Assembly: GCF_000406145.1 (NCBI RefSeq)
Contig: NZ_AOOE01000043.1
Location: 30,001-62,000 of the forward strand
DNA from: Dickeya dadantii NCPPB 898
GTDB taxonomy: Bacteria; Pseudomonadota; Gammaproteobacteria; Enterobacterales; Enterobacteriaceae
Reading direction: 5' to 3'
DNA length: 32,000 nucleotides
A model generated the notes under the pieces. It was not told the origin of the DNA and ran no database searches. It saw only the letters and a list, made by a program, of their open reading frames with translations. A program made the position numbers and the translations under genes. This document shows, piece after piece, positions 26,501 to 32,000 of this stretch. The stretch's first letter is position 1. Each line of letters opens with the position of its first letter.

Positions 26501-27466
26501 ATGGCGAAGTATCAGAACTTACTGGTAGCTATTGACCCCAATCAGGATGACCAGCCCGCGTTACGACGGGCCGTTTATCTGGTCCAGCGGCTTGGTGGCC
26601 GTATCAAGGCATTTTTGCCTATTTACGACTTTTCCTACGAAATGACCACCCTGCTCTCTCCGGATGAAAGAACCGAGATGAGACAAGGGGTTATCGCCCA
26701 ACGAACCGAATGGATTGCGGAACAGTGTAAATACTATCTTGATGCGGGAATCGCTATTGATATCAAGGTAGTCTGGCATAACAAACCTTATGAAGCCATT
26801 ATTCAGGAGGTCATTGCCGGCAAACACGACTTATTGCTCAAAATGGCTCATCAGCACGACCGGCTGGAAGCGGTGATTTTCACTCCGACCGACTGGCAGT
26901 TGTTGCGTAAATGCCCTTGCCCGGTGTGGATGGTGAAAGATCAGCCGTGGCCGGAAGATAGCCGTGCGCTGGTGGCGGTCAATCTGGCCAGCGAAGACCC
27001 GTATCACGATCCGCTCAATATCAAGCTGGTGTCGGAAGCGCTGGATCTGGCCCGGCAGGTCAATCAGACCGAGGTCCATCTGGTGGGCGCCTATCCGGTC
27101 ACGCCCATCAATATCGCCATCGAATTGCCGGATTTCGACCCCGGCGTTTACAACGGCGCCATTCGTGGTCAGCACCTGCTGGCGATGAAATCACTGCGAC
27201 AGAAATTCAACCTGGACGAGCGGGTTACCCATGTGGAAAAAGGGCTGCCGGAAGAAGTGATTCCCGACCTGGCAGAACATTTGCAAGCGGGCGTGGTGGT
27301 GCTGGGATCGCTGGGGCGGACCGGTTTGTCCGCTGCGTTTATCGGCAACACGGTGGAGCATGTGATTGATCACCTGAAGTGCGATCTGCTGGCTATCAAG
27401 CCGGACGATTTCGTCTCTCCGGTGACCTTGCAAGGGGAAGCCGACCACCCGGACGAAAACGCCTGA
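26501..27466 (+). CDS. uspE: Universal stress protein E (tandem Usp domains), 321 aa
   Basis: [30 protein letters not shown]... with a second Usp domain ending [36 protein letters not shown]. An AGGAGG Shine-Dalgarno lies upstream, and the gene sits downstream of fnr as in E. coli. Confidence 0.92.
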   Translation: MAKYQNLLVAIDPNQDDQPALRRAVYLVQRLGGRIKAFLPIYDFSYEMTTLLSPDERTEMRQGVIAQRTEWIAEQCKYYLDAGIAIDIKVVWHNKPYEAIIQEVIAGKHDLLLKMAHQHDRLEAVIFTPTDWQLLRKCPCPVWMVKDQPWPEDSRALVAVNLASEDPYHDPLNIKLVSEALDLARQVNQTEVHLVGAYPVTPINIAIELPDFDPGVYNGAIRGQHLLAMKSLRQKFNLDERVTHVEKGLPEEVIPDLAEHLQAGVVVLGSLGRTGLSAAFIGNTVEHVIDHLKCDLLAIKPDDFVSPVTLQGEADHPDENA

Positions 27467-27498
27467 CGGCTGCCGTTCGTCGCACACACCATTAAATG

Positions 27499-27526
27499 AC
27501 AACGGGGGCCAGATGGCCCCCGTTGT
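27499..27526. terminator. Hairpin terminator shared by convergent uspE and pntB
   Basis: Perfect 12-bp stem acaacgggggcc / ggcccccgttgt with loop agat. The flanking T/A tracts are weak. Confidence 0.7.
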
Positions 27527-27553
27527 GTTGCTGCAACCAACCGCCTGGCGGGA

Positions 27554-28942
27554 TTACAGCGCTTTCAGAATCGCCTCGACGCTTTCTTTGGCATCGCCAA
27601 ACAGCATCTGGGTGTTTTCCTTGAAGAACAGCGGGTTCTGTACACCGGCATAGCCGGTATTCATCGACCGTTTGAACACAATCACGTTTTGCGCTTTCCA
27701 CACTTCCAGCACCGGCATACCGGCAATCGGGCTATGCGGATCTTCCTGCGCCGCCGGATTGACGGTGTCGTTGGCGCCGATCACCAGCACGGTGTCGGTA
27801 TCAGCGAAATCATCATTGATTTCATCCATTTCCAACACAATGTCGTAAGGCACTTTGGCTTCCGCCAGCAGCACGTTCATATGCCCCGGCAAACGCCCGG
27901 CCACCGGGTGGATACCGAAACGCACGTTGACGCCGCGCGCCCGCAGTTTGGCGGTAATGTCATGCACCGGATACTGTGCCTGCGCCACCGCCATGCCGTA
28001 CCCCGGTGTAATGATCACCGACGTGGAGTTTTTCAGCAGTTCCGCCACCTCTTCCGCCGTGGTTTCACGATGCTCGCCCACCGCCTCATCACTGCTGGTG
28101 GAAGAACCATCGGTACCGAAACCACCGGCAATCACGCTAATGAACGACCGGTTCATCGCCTTGCACATGATGTAAGACAGGATGGCGCCGGAAGACCCGA
28201 CCAACGCGCCGGTAACGATCAGCAGATCGTTGCTCAACATGAAGCCAGCGGCCGCCGCGGCCCAACCGGAATAGGAGTTCAGCATGGAAACCACCACCGG
28301 CATATCCGCGCCGCCGATAGACGCCACCAGATGCCAGCCAAACGCCAGCGCAATCAGCGTCATCAGCAACAGCGCAAACACCTGCATTGCTACGCTGCCG
28401 GTTTTAACAAACACCAGCAACAGCAGGAATGACAATACCAGCGCCAGCAGATTCAGCTTATGACGGTTAGGCAACATCAGCGGTTTAGATGAGAACAAAC
28501 CGCGTAGCTTGCCAAACGCGACGATCGAGCCGGTAAAGGTTACCGAACCGATGAAAATCCCCAGAAACACTTCGGTCAGATGGATATTTTCCATGATCGG
28601 GTCGGCAATATCGCCTTCGCCGATAAAGCTGTTAAAACCGACCAGCACCGCCGCCAGACCGACAAAACTGTGCAGAATCGCCACCAGCTCCGGCATCTCG
28701 GTCATTTCCACTTTGCGAGCCAGATGCACGCCGATAGCGCCGCCAATCACCATCGCCGCGATAATCCACCCCACGTTGCCGGCGTTCGGCCCAAGAATGG
28801 TCGCCAGCAGCGCAATGGTCATCCCGCTGATGCCGAAAATGTTCCCCTGACGGGACGTCTCGTGTTTGGATAAGCCAGCCAGGCTGAAAATAAACAAAAT
28901 TGCAGCAACGATATACGCTGCCGTCACTAGTCCTCCAGACAT
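27554..28942 (-). CDS. pntB: NAD(P) transhydrogenase subunit beta, 462 aa
   Basis: [34 protein letters not shown]..., a membrane domain plus a C-terminal NADP(H) domain ([20 protein letters not shown]). It lies 10 nt downstream of pntA with an AAGGGG Shine-Dalgarno. Confidence 0.97.
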   Translation of the reverse strand: MSGGLVTAAYIVAAILFIFSLAGLSKHETSRQGNIFGISGMTIALLATILGPNAGNVGWIIAAMVIGGAIGVHLARKVEMTEMPELVAILHSFVGLAAVLVGFNSFIGEGDIADPIMENIHLTEVFLGIFIGSVTFTGSIVAFGKLRGLFSSKPLMLPNRHKLNLLALVLSFLLLLVFVKTGSVAMQVFALLLMTLIALAFGWHLVASIGGADMPVVVSMLNSYSGWAAAAAGFMLSNDLLIVTGALVGSSGAILSYIMCKAMNRSFISVIAGGFGTDGSSTSSDEAVGEHRETTAEEVAELLKNSTSVIITPGYGMAVAQAQYPVHDITAKLRARGVNVRFGIHPVAGRLPGHMNVLLAEAKVPYDIVLEMDEINDDFADTDTVLVIGANDTVNPAAQEDPHSPIAGMPVLEVWKAQNVIVFKRSMNTGYAGVQNPLFFKENTQMLFGDAKESVEAILKAL

Positions 28943-28952
28943 CCGTTACCCC

Positions 28953-30485
28953 TTAATTCTTGCGGAACATTTTCAGCATGCGCTGAGTGACGGTAAACCC
29001 GCCGAAAATATTGATGCTGGCGATCAGCACGGCGATGAAAGAGAAAAAGGACACCCATCCACCATGTCCGATCTGCAACAACGCGCCCACCACAATGATG
29101 CCGGAAATGGCATTGGTGACCGACATCAACGGCGTATGCAGCGCGTGGCTGACGTTCCAGACCACGTAGTACCCCACCACGCAGGACAGCGCGAATACGG
29201 TGAAGTGCGACAGGAACTCTTTCGGCGCCACATTCGCCAGCCAGCCAAACAGCACAATCGCGATAGCGATGAAAATAAATTTCTTCCAGGGCGACGCGGG
29301 TTTAGCGTCCTGCTGCGCGACGGCCGCCGCGGCCGGTTTGGCCTGTTGCGGCTGAGCGGAAACCTGAATCGGCGGCGCCGGCCAGGTGATTTCGCCGGCC
29401 TTGATGACCGTTACGCCACGGATGACGGTATCCTCGAAATCGATCTCGATCTCGCCGTTCTTCTCTTTGCACAGCAGCTTCAACAGGTTCACCAGATTGG
29501 TGCCGTACAGTTGTGAAGACTGGGTCGGCAAACGGCTCGGCAGATCGGTATAACCGATGATTTTCACACCATTTTCCGTCACCGTGACCCGATCCGCGAC
29601 GGTCAGCTCGCAGTTACCGCCGGTCTGGGCCGCCAGGTCGACAATCACGCTGCCGGGTTTCATGCTCTGCACCATCTCTTTGGTGATCAAGCGCGGAGCC
29701 GGTTTGCCGGGGATCAGCGCCGTGGTGACAAGAATATCCACCTCTTGCGCCTGCGCCGCGAACAACGCCATTTCCGCCTTGATAAAGGCTTCAGACATCA
29801 CCTTGGCGTAGCCGTCGCCGCTGCCGGCTTCTTCTTCGAATTCCAGCTCCAGGAACTCGGCGCCCATGCTTTTAACCTGTTCTTTCACTTCCGGGCGGGT
29901 ATCAAACGCACGCACAATGGCGCCCAGGCTGCCTGCCGCGCCAATCGCGGCCAGACCCGCCACGCCCGCGCCGATGATCAGCACCTTGGCCGGCGGCACT
30001 TTACCCGCCGCCGTGATCTGACCGGTGAAGAAACGGCCGAATTCATGCGCGGCTTCGACAATGGCGCGATAACCGGCAATATTCGCCATTGAACTCAACG
30101 CATCCATCGACTGTGCGCGCGAAATACGGGGAACGGAATCCATCGCCAGCACCGTCACCTGGCGGGCCGCCAGCGTTTCCAGCAATGCCGGGTTCTGCGC
30201 CGGCCAGATGAAGCTGATGATCGTGCTTCCGGCACGGGTCAATTCCACTTCCTCATCCAGCGGGGCGTTAACCTTGAGCAGGATATCGCTCTGCCAGACA
30301 GCCGCCGTATCCAGAATCGTTGCGCCGGCCTGCTCGTAAGCCTCATCCTCAAAACTGGCGAGTTTTCCGGCCCCACGCTCAATGGCGACCTCAAAGCCCA
30401 GTTTCAGCAGCTGCTCCACCGTTTTTGGCGTGGCTGCGACACGGGCTTCATTGGCCAACCTCTCTTTTGGTACACCAATACGCAT
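28953..30485 (-). CDS. pntA: NAD(P) transhydrogenase subunit alpha, 510 aa
   Basis: [33 protein letters not shown]..., the Rossmann motif [16 protein letters not shown], and C-terminal TM helices. Confidence 0.97.
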   Translation of the reverse strand: MRIGVPKERLANEARVAATPKTVEQLLKLGFEVAIERGAGKLASFEDEAYEQAGATILDTAAVWQSDILLKVNAPLDEEVELTRAGSTIISFIWPAQNPALLETLAARQVTVLAMDSVPRISRAQSMDALSSMANIAGYRAIVEAAHEFGRFFTGQITAAGKVPPAKVLIIGAGVAGLAAIGAAGSLGAIVRAFDTRPEVKEQVKSMGAEFLELEFEEEAGSGDGYAKVMSEAFIKAEMALFAAQAQEVDILVTTALIPGKPAPRLITKEMVQSMKPGSVIVDLAAQTGGNCELTVADRVTVTENGVKIIGYTDLPSRLPTQSSQLYGTNLVNLLKLLCKEKNGEIEIDFEDTVIRGVTVIKAGEITWPAPPIQVSAQPQQAKPAAAAVAQQDAKPASPWKKFIFIAIAIVLFGWLANVAPKEFLSHFTVFALSCVVGYYVVWNVSHALHTPLMSVTNAISGIIVVGALLQIGHGGWVSFFSFIAVLIASINIFGGFTVTQRMLKMFRKN

Positions 30486-30995
30486 TGTGAATCCCTTTTC
30501 GTTGTCACGAAGGTTTTATATGGTTGTGTCAATCACCTAAAAACTAACTTGTCGCCGTTGCCAGCACCCTCAGGCGATAGCGATAAGTCCCTTTATAACC
30601 TACTTAAAATGGAATTAATGATCCACCGCTAAAACCATTAGGTTCTAAAAGCAGAATTTTGACAGGTGACGATGGCTATTTATGGTTAAAAATCACAGCT
30701 AAAACAGATTTTTCTAACATTATTACCATATTAATGTTTCGAGCCATCTCACAAAAAGCCCCTGTTAACGCTTTGTTAAGCGCACTGATTCTGATAAATA
30801 TCGTTTATAAAAGGAATTCGGTTATTAATAGTGATTATTTCCATTTTTCTCTTCTTCCATTATCAACTCAGCGGTTTTGCGGGATTTGGCTTAAAATGCA
30901 GAGGCATAACGTCAGGTTCCGTGCCATAATCAGCGGCTACCACAGAAGATGGCTTGGTACGTATTCACCGTATGCGTCAGGCGAAAGGATTTTTT

Positions 30996-31946
30996 ATGAA
31001 GCTGAAAACTAGCGTTGTTGCATCAACTCTTTTATCAATAGTAGCGTTTTCGGCGCAGGCTGCGCAGGAACTTACGCCAGAGAAAGCAGAATCACTAAAA
31101 CCCTTTGAGCGTATTACCTTTTTAGGTCGTTACGATGCCATTTACGAAGCAGCGTCCGATGCCTCTAAAAAGGCGGATGAGCGTGGCGCGGCGGCTTTTT
31201 ATATCCAAAGCACCTCGGAAGTGAACGGTGGGCGCTGGGCCGTTACCGTGGATCTGTACCACAAGGACGCGCCGGAAGCGACCAAAGACACCAACTACCG
31301 TGAATTCAGCGGCGTGAAAGAACTGCCGAAAGATGACGCGGTACGTCTGGAACCCTATGACACGGTCACAGTCACCGGTTATTTTGGCAACCAGCCGGAA
31401 GTGAATGAAGCCATTGGCAAAGCAGCCAAGCAGAAAAACGCGTATTCCTTCTATATCGTGCGTCAGGTCGATATCAACTCCAGCGGCGCAACCCAGTCCA
31501 TCACCGCTTTCGTCTACAAAAAAGATGCGCCGAAACGTCAGGTGCAAAGCCCGGACGCCATCCCGGCAAACTCGGAAGCCGGCAAAGCAGCGATTGCCGC
31601 TGGCGGCGCAGCGGCTTCCAAAGTGGAAATCCCTGGCGTAGCTACCTCTTCTAGCCTGAGTAATAAAGTGGGTAACTTTTTCCAGACCCAGTCTTCCTCT
31701 GTCGGATCACGTTACAGCGTCACCATGCCCGATGGCACAAAAATTCAGGAGCTGAATAACGCGACGGCGGCACAGATGGCACCGTTTGACTCCATTAGCT
31801 TCCGTGATAGCTTCAGTAGCCCCACGGATATTTCTGAAGAGGTAGCGAAGCGAGCGGCGAAAAAAGGCGCCAAGTTCTACCACATCACCAAAGAGTGGCA
31901 GGAAAACGGCGACCACTACACCATCAGCGCCGACTTGTATAAATAA
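30996..31946 (+). CDS. ydgH: YdgH-like periplasmic protein with three DUF1471 (YdgH/BhsA/McbA) repeats, 316 aa
   Basis: The signal peptide is MKLKTSVVASTLLSIVAFSAQA. Three internal repeats each end ..A.FYI....(N)G.....DLYK/HKD. The gene is divergent from pntA as in E. coli. The start is at 30996 (AAAGGA Shine-Dalgarno), and ORF-track 30954 was rejected. Confidence 0.8.
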   Translation: MKLKTSVVASTLLSIVAFSAQAAQELTPEKAESLKPFERITFLGRYDAIYEAASDASKKADERGAAAFYIQSTSEVNGGRWAVTVDLYHKDAPEATKDTNYREFSGVKELPKDDAVRLEPYDTVTVTGYFGNQPEVNEAIGKAAKQKNAYSFYIVRQVDINSSGATQSITAFVYKKDAPKRQVQSPDAIPANSEAGKAAIAAGGAAASKVEIPGVATSSSLSNKVGNFFQTQSSSVGSRYSVTMPDGTKIQELNNATAAQMAPFDSISFRDSFSSPTDISEEVAKRAAKKGAKFYHITKEWQENGDHYTISADLYK

Positions 31947-31986
31947 TCGTTTTGTACAAATAACCATGGTTCGATGCATAAAAAAA

Positions 31987-32000
31987 CCGCCTGTTGGCGG
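31987..32000 (+). terminator. Possible terminator hairpin after ydgH, cut by the window edge
   Basis: ccgcc-tgtt-ggcgg preceded by A7. The downstream T-tract cannot be seen. Confidence 0.3.

Noticed and set aside
30659-31012. 117-aa ORF in the pntA/ydgH divergent region
   Set aside because: It lies in an AT-rich intergenic promoter region and overlaps the real ydgH start in another frame. It has no Shine-Dalgarno and no motifs.
1-32000. Mobile elements, prophage, defence islands, tRNA/rRNA genes
   Set aside because: I recognised no integrase, transposase or recombinase-like ORF, no terminal inverted repeats flanking a block, no tRNA-like cloverleaf candidates in the intergenic regions, and no known defence-gene motifs. 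The accessory genes look like ordinary chromosomal lineage-specific content.

Overview
This 32 kb chromosomal window looks like a gamma-proteobacterial (Enterobacterales) genome. The high GC content, many chemoreceptors and plant-phenolic genes suggest a soft-rot Pectobacteriaceae or Dickeya-like organism, but that is inference and cannot be verified here. I support 25 protein-coding genes and find no rRNA, tRNA, CRISPR array, integrase or transposase.

Left to right:
- The 3' end of a srfB-like gene, translationally coupled to a srfC-like large P-loop NTPase gene.
- An AT-rich gap.
- A three-gene cluster: a FAD-dehydrogenase small subunit, a GMC flavoprotein with a 3-Cys Fe-S motif, and a ferritin-like/NTF2-like fusion protein.
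- A six-gene minus-strand operon (ABC ATPase, two permeases, binding protein, glycerophosphodiester phosphodiesterase, inositol-monophosphatase-family enzyme) with a divergent ROK regulator.
- A divergent LysR regulator and phenolic acid decarboxylase pair.
- An orphan UlaA/SgaT-type PTS IIC protein.
- A transmembrane MCP with an NWTTF tail.
- An unknown secreted protein.
- sodC.
- A soluble FIST-domain MCP.
- A core block: ogt-fnr-uspE, pntAB and ydgH.

Nothing here is a classical mobile element or a recognisable defence system. The candidates most worth follow-up are:
- The cytochrome-less FAD-dehydrogenase plus ferritin-like/NTF2 module.
- The truncated srfBC pair, which shows Hsp70/actin-like and dynamin-like GTPase motifs.
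- The ABC-GDPD-IMPase operon, a predicted glycerophosphoinositol-type scavenging route, together with the 17-bp tandem repeat that has expanded its GDPD/IMPase junction.
- The FIST chemoreceptor and its GATC-bearing palindrome.

All family assignments come from motif recognition by eye, not from database searches.
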